Below are positions 11,922 through 26,024 of a stretch of 64,000 bases of DNA, piece by piece. The notes below the pieces were generated by a model that was not told the origin of the DNA, did not search any database, and was given only the letters and a program-made list of their open reading frames with translations. Made by a program: the position numbers and the translations under genes. The stretch lies in contig NC_086108.1 in NCBI RefSeq assembly GCF_963921235.1, positions 108,316,001 through 108,380,000 of the forward strand. The letters are read 5' to 3'. Each line of letters starts with the position of its first letter. Positions within the stretch are counted from its first letter, which is position 1. This DNA comes from Mobula hypostoma. Its lineage: Eukaryota.

Positions 11922-14900
11922 GTTTGTCGTGTGTTCCTGCGATGTCTAATGTGCTGAGGATTGAGGGTTAAAGGGATCTTTAAGTGTTTCACAGTTGGGT
12001 GAGTTAATCATAATCAGATTCAGGTTTAATATCACTGACGGACAACACCACAAGGTACAAGAGCAGAGTTAGACAATTTGGCCCAGCTAGTCTGCTCCAC
12101 ATTTTATCATGGCTGATCCATTTTCTCTCTCAGCCCCAATCTCCTCCCCATATCCCTCTATGCCCTGACTAATCAAAGATCTATCAACCCAATGATTTGA
12201 CAATGAATTCCACAGATTCACCACTCTCTGCCTAAAGAAGTTCCTCCATTCTAAAAGGACACCCCTCTATTCTGAGGCTGTCCTCTCCGATCTTAGACTC
12301 CCCCACCACAGGAAACATCCTCTCCATATGTTATGAAATCTGTTGTTTTGTGGCAGCAGTACAGTGCAATACATAAACATACATATAATTAAGAAATGCA
12401 TTAATTACTTTTCTACAAAGAAAGATTAGCTTTATTTGTCACATGGACATCGAAACATACTGAGACTTATAGAGAAATACATCGCTCGCGCCAAATCAAA
12501 TCAGTAAAGACTGTGCGGAGCAGCCTGCAGGTGTGGCCACACTTTGGGACCAACGTAGCATACCTACAGCTCACTAACTCAAAGTCACACATCTTTGGAA
12601 TGTGGGAGCACCCTGGGGGTACGCACAGGTCATGAGGAGAAGGTACAAACTCTCAAAGGCAGAGGCGGGAATTCAACCCCGACAGGTGATCGCTGGAGCT
12701 GAAAAGTGATGCATCAACCACTACACTATTGTGCCAAACGTACAATCCACTTGCCCAGCTTTTACTTTTTAAAATTTATTTAAAGATACAGTGTAGAGCA
12801 GGATCTTCCAGTCCTTCGAGCTGCGCCACCCAGCAATCCCCCGAATTAACGCTAGCCTAATCACAGGACAATTTACCACGACCAATTAACCCACCAACTG
12901 GTACGCCTTTGGACTGTGGGAGGAAACCGGAGCATGCGGAGGAAGCCATGTGCCTCGGCGAAGATGTACAAACTCCTTACAGGCAGCAATGGGAATTGAG
13001 CTCAGGTTGCTGGTACTGTAAAATGTTGTTGATAACCACTATGCCACCCTCCCTCAAAACAAACAAAAGCAATTTTGTTGCCATATGTGCAGTTGCGTTA
13101 TGTTGTGGTCACTCCATGACTGGGATTGGTTTATTATGGTCACATGTCCCAAGATATAGTGAAAAGATTGTCTTGCATACTGTTCATAGAGATCAGATCA
13201 TTACAGGCAGTGATGGGAATCGAACTCTGTGATTATCTGTGCTTAAAGGGATGTGCTAACCATTATGCTATCCTGCAGCTCCGACTTGTCCGCACTGATG
13301 TTATGGATTTCTCTGTGTATCTATATGTGCCCTGTGTGATTCAAGAGGAGATTAACATTGCATGTTTTAAAGATCTATCTACCACAATGGTTTATTATCC
13401 ACAGGAATCTGACTATATTCAGTCTTGATACACTTTGAATATTGAAGGGCCTAGATAGAGTGGACATGGAGAGGATAGTTCTTATAGTGGGGGAGTCTAG
13501 GACCAGAGGGCACAGCCTCAGAATAGAGGGATGTCCCTTTGGAACGGAGTTGAGGAGGAATTTGGTTGGGTTGAGTTGTTCTCTGATCTAGGCAATTTAT
13601 TCGCAAATGCTTCATCACTAATCTGTAATAGCAACAATCAGCTGATTGATAAGTATATAAAGGCCAAGCATTCGGAGGACATATCAGAATTAACAGTGCA
13701 CTGATGATGTCTCCTCGTATGGTGACGAAAAGTTTGCAAGTTAATTCCCAAGATTGGAGAATGATTCAACCCAACTATCAACTATCCAAGTTACACATTT
13801 TTTGTATTATTTCTGAGGAGGAATCTCTTTGGCAGAGTGTGGTGAAACTGTGGAATTCATTGCCACAGACGTCTATGGAGGTCAAGCCATTGGGTATGTT
13901 TAAAGTGGAAGTTGCTAGGTTCTTGATTAAATATTTTGAGATACAGCACGGAATAGGTCCTTCCAGCTGTACCGCTCAGTAATCCCCTGACTTAACCCTA
14001 ACCTAATCATGGGACAAAAGACAATTAACCAATTAACCTGCCAACCAGTATGTCTTTGGATTGTGTGAGAAAACCTGAGCACCCAGAGGAAACCCGCGTG
14101 GTCACAGGGGGAACTTACATGCAGTGGCGGGAATTGAACCTGGGTCACCTGTATTGTAGACTGTTGTGCTAACCACCACACTACTAGTGACAGCCTCAAA
14201 GTCTACGTGGATAAGCAGGAAAATAGAGAGAGGGATAATAAATCAGCCGTAGTAGGATGGAGAGCAGACTTGATGGGCTGAATGGCCTGATTCTTTTCCT
14301 ACATCTTGTGGTTCATGTTTGAAAACTGGAGCTTTAACAACCAGCCAAGGCCTTTGAAGGAATGGACATAATTAGTTTTCTTTTGCACGGCATGGTTAGC
14401 CATTGGGAATTGAAAGAATGTTTGCCAAGTATACTCGAATATGAAATTAACATGTGGGCAAGACAGCTGCTTTCAAAGAGGACTGCAAATAGAGTTTGAA
14501 TCCCTTTATCAGTTTCTGAGTCATTTAATCTCGAAGTAATATTTTCAAACTGTGCAAATATGATTGAGAGATTGGCCAAATATTTCACAGTCCAATGGGG
14601 CTCACGAAATCGACGGCGATGATGTTATCGCTCTGGAGTCTCAAAGCACACGTGGCCCAGAAGAAGGAAGTGCATTTATAGAGCACAAGCGATAAAGCAT
14701 TTTTGAAATCTCTGTACAAAGCAAGCTGCCACAGACAGAAATATGACGGCTACCTGGCATTTTGTTCAAACACTCTCAGATGTTTTAATGCGTTAACGGT
14801 CATTACTTAATTGGTCAGGGCCTTTGGCCATTCGAGGTTGGCTAAAGCTCCGTATGGATCCATGAATACTCAGGCTTGTCGACAGTGATTTCAACTGTTT

Positions 14901-15952
14901 GGTCATCTTAATAAAACATTGAAAATAGAACATTACAGGCCCTTCTGCCCAAAACGTTGTGCTGATCTTTAAACCTACTCCAAGATCAATCTAACAACTC
15001 TAACCTAGATTAATCTGCAACAAAAGGAGAGCGAAATAACACAAAAGTGAAGAGTAAAACTTTAGGTTGCATATTGTATACATTCTTCAATATTAAATCG
15101 AACCAAAAGTTTTGACACTCTCTCATCATCGGCACAAAGGAGCACAACAGCTCATGGAAGGTCACAATGCGATTTGTTGTCAGTCAAAAAATGTGAAATG
15201 CTCAGATTGTTACCTCCCACATCTTCTGAGACTCTAGTCAATTTATTTTAATGAGTTAAGTTCAGACTGCACTCAGAGGGTGGTGATCGGTTTTGGGATT
15301 TTTATCTAAAAAAAAGGGCTGTGCTGGCTAGGGTCTAGAAGAGGCTTATGAGAATGATCCTGGGAATTAAAGGTGTAACGTATAAGGAGTGTTTGATGGC
15401 TCTGGGCTTGTTCTCACTGGAGTTTAGAAGAATGAAGGGTGGGGAGGTGGGAGAGGGGGGAATCTCATTGAAACTTACAGAACCACAAGATAACGGAGAA
15501 GAATTAAACCATTTGACCTATCAAGTCTGCTCCAAGATTTCATCTAGGCTGATCCAATTTTTCTCTCAGCCTCAATCTCCTGCTTCCTCCCTGTCCATAT
15601 CCCTTCATGCCCTCCCTGACCAATCAGGAATCGATCAAACTCTGTATTAAACATACATAAAGACTTTGCCTCCACAGCTGCTTGTGGTAAAGAATTCCAT
15701 AGACTCATCACTCTAGTATCAGATATTGTTTCCTTTAGTGTGTGAGTCTAGAACCAAAGGGCACAGCGTAAGAATTGAGGGACGTCCATTTTGAACAGAG
15801 CTGAGGAAAAATTTCTTCAGCCAGAGGGTGGTGAATCTGTGGAATTCTTTGCCACAGGTAGCTGTGGAGGCCAAGTCATTGGAAATATTTAAAGCAGAGG
15901 TTGATTGGTTCTTGATTAATCAGCGCGTCTCAGAGTAGTATATGGTGACAAA

Positions 15953-17643
15953 CAGTGCCTATAAAAAAGTATTTGCTCCCCTCCCCCGGAAGTTTTCATG
16001 TTTTATTGTTTTACAACATTGAGTCACAGAGGATTTAATTTGGCTGTCTTGACACTGAGCAACAGAAGAGACTCTTTCTTGTCAATGGGAAAGCAAATTT
16101 CTACAAATTGGTCTAAATTTATTAGAATTATTAAACATAAAATAATTAATTGCATAATTACATACCCCTTCAAGTCAATATTTAGGAGATACACATTTGG
16201 CATCAATTATAGCCTTGAGTCTGTGTGGATAGGTCTCTATTAGCTTTGCACATTGGAATTTTTCCCCATTTTTCTTTATAAAACTGCTCAAACTCTCTCA
16301 GATTGCTTGGGGATCATGAGGGAACAGCCCTTTTCAAGTCCAGCTGCAAGTTTTCAGTTAAATTGAGATCTGGACCCTGAATTGGCCACTCTAGGACATT
16401 AACTTTGTTGTTTTTAAGCCAATCCTGTGTAGCTTTGGCTTTAATCTTGGGGTCATTGTCTTGCTGGAAAACAAACCTTCTCCCAAGTCACAGTTCTCTT
16501 GCAGACTTTTCTCCAGGATTTCCCTGTATTTTGCTGCATTCATTTTACCCTCTACCTTCTCAAGCCTTCCAGGGCCTGCTGCAGTGAAGCATCCCCACAG
16601 CATGATGCAGCCACCACCCCGATTCATGGTAGGGATGATGTGTTTATGATGATGTGCAGTGCTTGACTTATGCCAAACATGGTATTTGGTCTGATAGCCA
16701 AAAAGCTCAATTTTAGTTTCAACAGACCATAGAACCGTCTTCCAGCTGACTTCAGAGTCTGCCGTATGCCTTCTGGCAAATTCCAGTTGACATTTCATGA
16801 GAGATTTTTTCTACAGTGGCTTTCTCTTTGCGACTCTCCCATAAAACTGTGACTGATGAAACAGCTAGGCAACAGTTGTTGTATGCACAGTATCTCCCAT
16901 CTCAGCCACTGGAGCTTGTAACTCCTCCAGAGTTGTCATAGTCTCTTGGTGGTCCTCTCCTCTTGCACAGTCACTCAGCTTTTGAGGTTTTAGGTCTGTT
17001 CCAGACAGATTTACAGCTGTGCCATATTCTTTCTATTTCCTGATAATTGGCTTAACTGTACTCCAAGGGAAATACAGTGACTTGGAAATTTTCTTGTATC
17101 CATCTCCTGACTTGTGCTTTTCAATAACCTTTTCATGAAGTTGCTTGGAGACTTCATGGTATAGTCTTTGCTAGGACACCAGCTACAGGTGTATTTTTAT
17201 TAGAATCAATAAAATACCTTGCCTGCACACGGTGATCTCTATTTAGCTAATTATGTGACTTCTGAAACCAATTGGCTGCACCAGAGATGATCTGGTGTGT
17301 CACTTTAAAGGGGGTGAAATGTGTTTTATATTTGTAATTAATTTAGATTACTTTATAGAGATCTGTTTTCACTTTGACATGAAAGAGTCTTTTTCTGCTG
17401 ATCAGTGTCAAAAAAGGTCCAATGTGATTCAATGTTAGTCAATAGACAATAGGTGCAGGAGTAGGCCATTCGGCCCTTTGAGCCAGCACCGCCATTCACT
17501 GTGATCATGGCTGATCATCGACAATCAGTACCCTGTTCCTGCCTTCTCCCCATATCCCTTGACTCCACTGTAAAACAATGCTATAAAACTATAAAACATG
17601 AAAACCTCCGGGGGGGGGGGGTGAATACTTTTGATAGGCACTG
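15953..17643 (-). mobile_element. Tc1/mariner transposon (same family as 1683-3672), defective
   Basis: Termini cagtgcctataaaaaagtatt / aatacttttgataggcactg|TA. Minus-strand transposase VLWSVETKIELFG...GGGCIMLWGCF. A short CR1 tail is nested at ~17437-17568. Confidence 0.92.
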
Positions 17644-17688
17644 TATATATACTTTGATAATAAATTTACTTTGAACTTGTGTTCATAG

Positions 17689-17874
17689 ATCAGGAGCGGA
17701 GAGAATGCTGCTAACCTAGCAAATGAGCTGGCTAAGCACACCAAAGGACCCATTTTCGCGGGAGATGTCAGCTCGTCAGTCAGGCTTATGGAGCAGCTGG
17801 TCGACATCCTGGATGCCCAGCTCCAGGAACTGCGGCCGAGCGAGAAGGACACGCTGGGGCGCAGCTTTACCAAG
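17689..17874 (+). CDS. ADGRL2: ADGRL2-like exon, start of GAIN domain
   Basis: catAG|atc...accaag|GTaagg; 186 bp, phase 0->0. [68 protein letters not shown] and SEKD favour ADGRL2 over ADGRL1/3. Confidence 0.95.
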
Positions 17875-18003
17875 GTAAGGCCAGTGGGTCATGAAGGCCA
17901 AAAGCCTCGGGTCAGAACTTCCCATTCTGATGATTGCAAAGTGAGTGACTGTCTCTACTCTGATGATGTTACAGTGCTGACTCTCTCCGTAATAACCACA
18001 TGT

Positions 18004-18257
18004 TTTCTCTCCCCTCTCTTTCTCTCTCCCTCCCTCTCTCTCTGTCCCTCCCTCTCTCTCCCTTCCCCCCTCTCTCTCCCCTCTTTTTTTGTCTCCCCTC
18101 TCTCTCTGTCTGCCTCTCTCTCCACCCCCTCTATCTCTATCTCTCTCTCTCCCTCCCTCTCTGTCTGTCTGTCTCTCTCTCTTGTTCTGTCTGTCTCTGT
18201 GTGTGTGTGTGTGTGTGTCTGTCTCTCTCTCTCTCTCTATCTGTCTCTCTCTCTCTG
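18004..18257. repeat. (CT)n/(GT)n compound microsatellite upstream of the micro-exon
   Basis: Directly visible low-complexity tract. Confidence 0.93.
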
Positions 18258-18276
18258 CCTCCCACAACTGGAAAAG

Positions 18277-18315
18277 CTCCAAAGAAGAGACAAGACTTGC
18301 AGAGGATATATTAAG
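18277..18315 (+). CDS. ADGRL2: 39-nt symmetric micro-exon of GAIN subdomain A ([13 protein letters not shown])
   Basis: gaaaAG|ctc...attaag|GTagca; phase 0->0. Corresponds to the latrophilin 13-aa segment LQKREKTCRAYLK. Confidence 0.88.
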
Positions 18316-21300
18316 GTAGCACACTGTGATATTGATTTTCCTTTGCTCCGTCTGCCTTGCCCCCATCGAGGCCGTTGCGTCTTGCTTGGCTGATATGTGG
18401 CATGACGCTTTTTCTCCCTCCCTCCATCCCCTTTCGCACACTCACCCAGTGCTGTCCTTCCTGCCTCTCTTTGCCATCTGGTTTCATCCTTGTACTTTCT
18501 CAGAATCAGGTTTAATATCACTGGCATATGTAGAGAAATTTTTTGTTTTGCGGCAGCAGAGCATTGCGATACGTAATAATTTTTTAAAACTATAAATTAC
18601 AATCAGAAATATTTATTAGAAAATTTGAAAAAGAGAGCGATAAAACATCGTGAGGTAGTGTTCATGGGTTCAATGTCCATTCAGAAATCTGATGGTAGAG
18701 GGGAAGAAGATGTTCTTGAAGCATTGAGTGTGTGTCTTCTGGTTCCTGTATCCCTTTCCTGATGGAACAGGAGCCTGATTATCATCCCTGTATTTTCTAC
18801 AAAGGCAAACCCCTGTGTCGCCTGTTGGACTGTTAATTCTGTTTTTACTGGCTGTGTGTCGGTATGATCGGCGAATTTCCTGGGTAATATTTCACAGTGC
18901 TGTCATTCAGAAAGCGAGAATTGGCAGTAGAGCTTCATTAACCCATATTCAATGCTTACCGTGTGGAGTTTGCAGAATCTCCCTGTAACTGCATGTGTTG
19001 CTTCAGGTGTCCCAAGTTCCAATCACACCCCAAGGATATGCTGGGTACTTACTGCCCATTACGGTGGTAGAGGCGAATACAATAGGGTCTTAAAGAGACT
19101 CTTTGATAGGTACATGGAGCTGTGAAAAATAGAGGGCTATGTGGTAGGAAAATTCTAGGCAGTTTCTAGAGCAGGTTACGTGGTCGGCACAACATTGTGG
19201 GCTGAAGGGCCTGTAATGTGCTGTCGAGTTCTATGTTCTGTCTCTGCTCGTATAGAAGAATTCTTCACTGCTGTTTCCATAACAATTTTGTTTCACCAGT
19301 CAGGGTTGTTGGCCCTGAGCCTGAAGGACCGGTGGACCACTCTTAGTCTGGCCTCTACCCTTTGACCTGTTTGGCATGGGTGACCCTGCTAAGAGTCAAA
19401 GCACAAAGCCCTGACTCCAGCCAACATAGCTCTCTGGGTCACTGAGGCACACAAGCCTCCAAACCACGACAATAGCACTGGTCCTCTTGGAGGCGATGCC
19501 AGGTGGTAACAGGTTTAGTATTGTCACATGCATGGAGATACAGTGAAAAGCTTTCTTTGTCTGCCTTCCAGACCCATCATTTTGTATGTAAGTACAATGA
19601 GAAGGTACAAAAGGAAAACATAACAGAGTGCAGAAGAAAGTGTTAGTTACAGCAGGAGGGCAGTGCAGGCGGACAATAAAGTCCACAGTGAGATAGACTG
19701 AAAGATATTTAGTATGGAGGTCTGCAGGTTCATTGGCCACTGTAAATTAAGTTAGTTTATTATTCTCACATATTTATTATTGAATTATTTATACAGCACC
19801 TTAAACAATAAAGTGCACAGTGAGATAGCCTGAGATTCATCTTCAGAGGAAAGAGGTCTGTAGGTTAATTAGTCGTTGTAAATTGGTATTGGTTTAGTAT
19901 TGTCATGTGCACCGACATGCAGTGTAAAGCTTCTCTTGAATACTGTTCATACAGATCAAATCATTACACAGTAATGATGTAAACAATAACAGTGTAGGAT
20001 AAAGTGTAACAGCTACAGAGAAAGTGCAGGCAGACCAGAAGGTGCAAAAGCCATAACAAGGTCGATTGTGAGATCAAGAGTCCATCTTTTGCATAAAGAG
20101 GTCTATAAGTTAATTGGCCATTGCAAATTGGCAAATCAAATAGGTTTATTCATATCACATGTACCAAGGTACACTGAAAAAGTTTATTTTGCGATTCATA
20201 CAGATCAATTCATTGCAGAGGTATGTTGAGGTAAAGCAGTAATGGAGTGTAATTCAGTCAGCACTGAATTACAGACTCCACAGCTGTGGCCCACAGCCAG
20301 CGGGCTTCTGGACTGGTTTCTCTGACCTCAGCGCTGAACTGGCGCCCTGTCTGAGGACTCGCGTTCGGGGACTCTGTGGTTCATGTTCTGTCTGTTATTT
20401 GTTTTATTTTACTGTTTGCATGATTTGTTCTTTTTTTTCACACAGTGGATGCCTGTTGGTCTTTGTTGTGGGGGTTTCTCATGGATTCTATTGTGTTTCT
20501 TTGTGTTGAGGTTGCCTGCAAGAAGATGAATCTCAAGGTTGTATATGGTATACATACTCTGATAATAAATGCATCTTGAACTTCGAATAAATCGTTACAG
20601 AAAGTGCAGTGCTGATAGAGAATAAGGTGCAAGGGGCATAACAAGACAGACAGAGAGATCATCTTTAGCATGCAGGGGTCTGTAGGTTAATTGGCCGTTA
20701 TAAATTGGTAAATTAAGTTAATTATTGTCACATTAACTAATGTGCAGTAAAATAAAATCTTATTTTGAATTCCATCCATACAGATAATTTCATCACATTG
20801 TTATCTCAAGGTAATAGTAGGGAAAGCAATAACAGAATACAGGAATAAAGCGTTACAGTTATGGTGAAAGTGCAGTGAGTTGCAAAGTCATGGCAAATTG
20901 TCACTCGTGTTTTAGAATGGTAGAATGTGGGGTCAGTAAACTTGGATTTGTGTGGGATTAGCGTAAATGAGTGTTTGATGTTCGATTCGGACTTGGGAGG
21001 GCTGAGGGACCTGTTTCTACACTCTGAATCTATGGCTATAAAGGAATCAGAATCAGGTTTAATATCACCAGCATATGTCGTGAAATTTGTTGGCTTTGGG
21101 GCAGCAACACAATGCAACACATGAAAATAGAGAGGGAAAAAATTGTGAATGGCAGTAAGTATATATGTATTAAATAGTTAAATAAGTAGCGCAAAAAAAG
21201 TTTAAAGAAATTAGTGAATTAGTGAGGTAGTGTTCATGGGTTCAATGTCCATTCAGAATCTGATGGCGGAGGGGAAGGAGTTGTTCCTAGATCGTTGAGT

Positions 21301-24217
21301 GTGTGCCTTCGGGCTTCTGCAGCTCCTTCCTGATGATAGCAATGAGAAGGGGGCATGTCTCGGCTGATGGGGATCCTGAATAACGGACCCTGCCTTTTTT
21401 GAGGCATCGCTCCTTGAAGATGTGCAGTTACTACAGAGGTTAGTGGCCATGGTGGAGCTGACTAATTTTACAACCGTCTTCAGCTTACTTCAATCCTGTG
21501 CATTCACAGCACCACCCACACCACCACCCCCCCCATCCCAGACGGTGATGCAGCCAGTTAGAAAGCTCTCCATGGTACAGTTTCTTCAAGAATAGCATAA
21601 TGTTTACATTTACATCACAAAATACCATATCAATGATTTGTGACATTTAAGACAACAATCGATCTTTGGAACGAGCTTCCAAGGACATTTTGAATTTATT
21701 TAGCACCTTGTGTAGAGCAGTCATATGACACCGTTATCAGTGCTCGATCTATGGATTTGGTGACTGCAGCCCAGAAGGATCGTTTTTGTCTCATCACTGA
21801 CCCACCGGTAGCAAATGGATGAACATCACGTTTGCTAGTCCACGTTGGTCTGCAAAAGCAAGGGCAAAGGAAGTTCTCATTCCTCTTCTGCCAGCTGAGA
21901 ACTACAATCTCCAGTATTGAATGCCTGCCTGCGGTCAAGGACATGTATACAGAAAGGTGCCGGAAAAGAGCCAGTGACATCATGAAGGATCCCACCCACC
22001 CTGCTCTTGGGCTGTTTGTCCCACTGCCATCGGGAAGGAGGCTACGTAGCATCCACGCCAGGACCACCAGACTCAGTTACTTTCCCGAAGCAGTAAGGCT
22101 GATCAACATCTCCTCCCATTCACCCACCCCGGCACACACCCTCCCACCACTACCTTATCATTTCCTGTCGGTCGCCTTGTCAAGGTGGGAAACAGTTTCT
22201 TCTCCCAGGCCATTAGGCTTCTGAACTCTCTGCTACACCATATTCAAAGTTTCACTGGTTTATTTGTTCAGTTCTTTACAATATTTAATTTATGCATTAT
22301 AGTTTGTTATTTATGCGTCACTCATCTGTCGATTTTATCTTTACCTTCAGAGCTTACTGTGCATATTACGTGTATTACTGTGCTTTATATTTATACTTGG
22401 TGTCTTTTATTATTATTGTATTCTTTATCTCATTTTGTTTTTTTGTGCTGCATTGGATCCAGAGTAACGATTATTTTGTTCTCCTTTACACCTGTGTACT
22501 GGAAATAACATTAAACAACAAACAAACATTAAACAATCATTTTTACTTACCAACTTACTTTCTCACAATGCCCAATTACGCCCTTTGATTTACGCCCAAT
22601 TACAACACAGAGCGTCATAGGAAGTCATTCCTGCCTGTGGCCATCAAACTATACAACTCCTCCGTTGGACGGTCAGACACCCTGAGCCAATAGGCTGGTC
22701 CTGGCATAATCTACATATTACTATTTAACTATTTATGGTTTTATTATTACTATTTAATTATTTGTGGTGCAACTGTAATGAAAACCAGTTTCCCTCGGGA
22801 TCAATAAAGTATGACTACCTACCTACCCACCTACCTACTAACCTTTGGCCAACAATATTGTGGCAACCTAATTAAACAAATAATCAGGTGTACCTGCACC
22901 TCAGGGGCTTCAGCGGTTCAGGAAGGCAGCTCATCATCACTTTCTCAAGGGTAACTAGGATGGGCAATAAATGCTGGCATAGTTGGCGATGCCCACATCC
23001 CATAAATTAATATTAAAAAATTAAATACCTAACTAAACTGCTTGCAACTTCTGGCAACACAATGTTCCTAACTCTCCATTCCCTACACATCTGTGGAACT
23101 ACCTAAAAGTCTTTTAAATGCCTCTACCATATCTGCTTTTTGGTTTGGCAGGGTGGAGATTCATCTCTCCCAAAGGAGGCGTAAGGCAGTCCCTCCCTCT
23201 GCTAGTCTGCAGGTCACCCTTGGGCAAGGTGTAGCACCTGCTTCGCTCCCCGATTGGGGTCACGTGAAGACATGGGAGCAGGTGGTGGATGGTATCACAA
23301 GTCCTGGTTATGTGACTACTGACACCAGGCAGACAATCTCTGAAGGGTATTGATAATGGCTGGGGTCACCTGTCTTGTAAAGACACTGCCCAGAAGGCGG
23401 CAATGGCAAACCACTTCTGTAGAAAAATTGGCAGAGCAATCATGGTCACAGAAAGACCATAATCACCTACATCATTCGACATGGCACATGATGATGATGA
23501 TATCAGATTTTTACCACTGTCCCTGGCAGCACTGTTCAGAATTCGAATCAAAGAACATTTATCATCAAAGTATGTCAATGTCTCCAGATACTTCCTTGAG
23601 ATAGATTTTTATTCATTTACAGGAAAAAAAAGAAATGTAATAGCTTTTATAAAATAAGTACTCTTAAACAAAGACTGACAAATGTGAAAAAGAAGACAAA
23701 TTGTGCAAATGAAAAAAAGTTAAAGTAAATAAATAATACTGAAGACTAGATTTCTGCAGTCCTTAAAAGTAGGTTGTAGAATCAGTTCAAGTTGAGGTGA
23801 GTGAAGTTATGTACGATGTTTCAGAAGCCTGGTGGTTATAGGGTAATAACTGCTCCTGAAACTGATGGTATGTGACCCAAGGGTTCTGTACCTTCTTTGA
23901 GATTCAAGATTGTTTAGTATCATTTCCAGTACACCAGTGTAAAGGAGAAGGAAATAATTGTTACTATAGATCTGATGCAGCACAAAAAACACAAAAGATA
24001 AAGAGGACAATAATAAAAAAACACAATAAATATAACTATATAAGATAGCTTATAGATATTTGTATTGCGAAGCCAGTGGTGTAGTGGCTTCAGCACTGGA
24101 CTTCAAGGCGAATGGTCCTGAATTTGCATCTGCCTGGGTCCCAATCTGGGCAGCAGCAGTATCTGTGCAGAAGAAAGGCCTGGAAATCTACTTCCATATC
24201 TTGCCATGAAAACCCTA

Positions 24218-24503
24218 TGGTGGTGGTGGCATCCGTTAGTCTCACGAGACCATGAATCTGCACCTGGAAAGTCTTGCTTCAGTCTGCGTTGGAGCAGCGT
24301 CTGTTGTGGCTGTAGAGTCCCACACGGGAGTGACAGTCTCGACTGCAGCGACTGCACTTGAAGGCGCTGTCCTCCAGTGTTGTCTTGGTGCTGTTTTTCT
24401 GACGAGTGCGCTTTTCTTCAGCAGCAAGCCTCAGCTTCTCTTCTCTTTTTAGACCTCTGCGTAGTTCCAGCCTCCAGTGAGAGCGATCGCTCTCACTGGA
24501 CAA
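24218..24503 (-). mobile_element. RTE-type LINE 3' fragment
   Basis: DRSHWR...FKCSRCSRDCHSRVGLYSHNRRC C-terminal zinc finger; (CCA)n tail. Confidence 0.75.
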
Positions 24504-25703
24504 CTACACTATCCATAGGGTCACCATGAATTGACAATGACTCGACAACACTCAGCAACAACTATATGTAGATTGATTGTATGTCCATATAGTGACACTA
24601 AGCACAGGTGTGTCTGTACATAAGGTGACTCTGACAGGAAATAATAAAGTAGTGGTGGTTCGGGGTGGGGTGGGTTAGTGGGTGGAGGTGTTGATCAGAC
24701 TTGCTGCTCGGGGAAAGTAACTGTTTTTGCGTCTAGTGGCCCTGGTCTGGATGCTACGTAGCCTCCTCCCTGATGGAGGTGGAACAAACAGTCCATGAGC
24801 AGATGGGTGGGAACCTGGTGGTGGCAGTGAGAAGAGAGCATGGCCTGTATGGTGGAGGTCCTTGATGATGGCTGCTGCTTTCCTGTGACAGTGCTCCATG
24901 GAAATGTGCTCAGTGATGGGGAGGACTTTGCCTGTGATGGACTAGACTGTAGCCACCGCTTTCTGATCCTGGGAATTAATGTTCCCAGGCACCCTCCACA
25001 CTCTATGTAAAAAAAAAACTTACCCTACAAGTTCTATGTTCTTTGTACACGCTTCAGCTATTGGAGAGGTTTTTGCACAGGATCCAGCTCTTCAATACAC
25101 AGTGGTAGCAAGACCGTATTGACTGAAAAGCTTGGGCTAACATTCCACTGACCTGGCTCTGTCAGAGAGGGAGGAAAAGAACTGGCAGTGTCACGTCTAA
25201 GTATTCCCACCTGCTAGGAAGGTCAGTGTGACTGAAAACCTGGACAATGAGGAGACCAAGATGGATTAAGCTAATTAATCTTATGCTGACAAGTCGCCTG
25301 GGTAAACTTCTTTCCTAATCATTCTTGCAAGGACTGTATAAAACTCACCTTGCAATATGCAGTGGGTTACCGAAACCAGTGCCATGAGCATTAATCAAAG
25401 AAAGACCAGTGCAGAGAGAAGGGATGGGGAGGGGTGGGGGGCTTCAGTAATTGGTAACTGTGTGTCCTGGGCCACAGCACAGTTTCCTCTGCATAATTCA
25501 CTCTTGCTTACACAGCAGAGAACAGAGTTAATTAACAGTCAACATATTTTGTTTTTGTACTGTGTGTGATATACTGTACTGTATGCAATTTGGATGCACT
25601 ATGGTCCAGAGAAACATTATTTTGTTTGTTTGTATATGTGTACAGTCAGATGACAATAAATTGGAACTTGAACTTGATTGTTATTTCCTGGTAGGGCTTA
25701 AAT

Positions 25704-25877
25704 CAGGGGTGGCCAATGTTTTACATTCCATGTGTCAATTTTTTCACTCACGAGTTCAGATGCGCCATACAATTCTTGTAAAAATATGTTAATATAGAAC
25801 TCGTGCATGAAAAAATCACATTTGAACTCGTGCATGAAAAAATTGACGCATGGAATGTAAGGGGTTGGCCACCCCTG
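25704..25877. mobile_element. Non-autonomous hAT MITE
   Basis: TIR caggggtggccaa / ttggccacccctg; perfect 8-bp TSD gcttaaat. Confidence 0.9.
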
Positions 25878-26024
25878 GCTTAAATGTTACTTATTTCTCC
25901 TGTTGTGTATTTTTACCCCTCGCTTAAGATCTTCATCCCAGTCAAGTGATGTCCCTCAAATCAACTATTAAGTTTCACAAAAATTTTCAGTTTTCGAAGC
26001 AAACTTGTTACCAAATAACATGTA

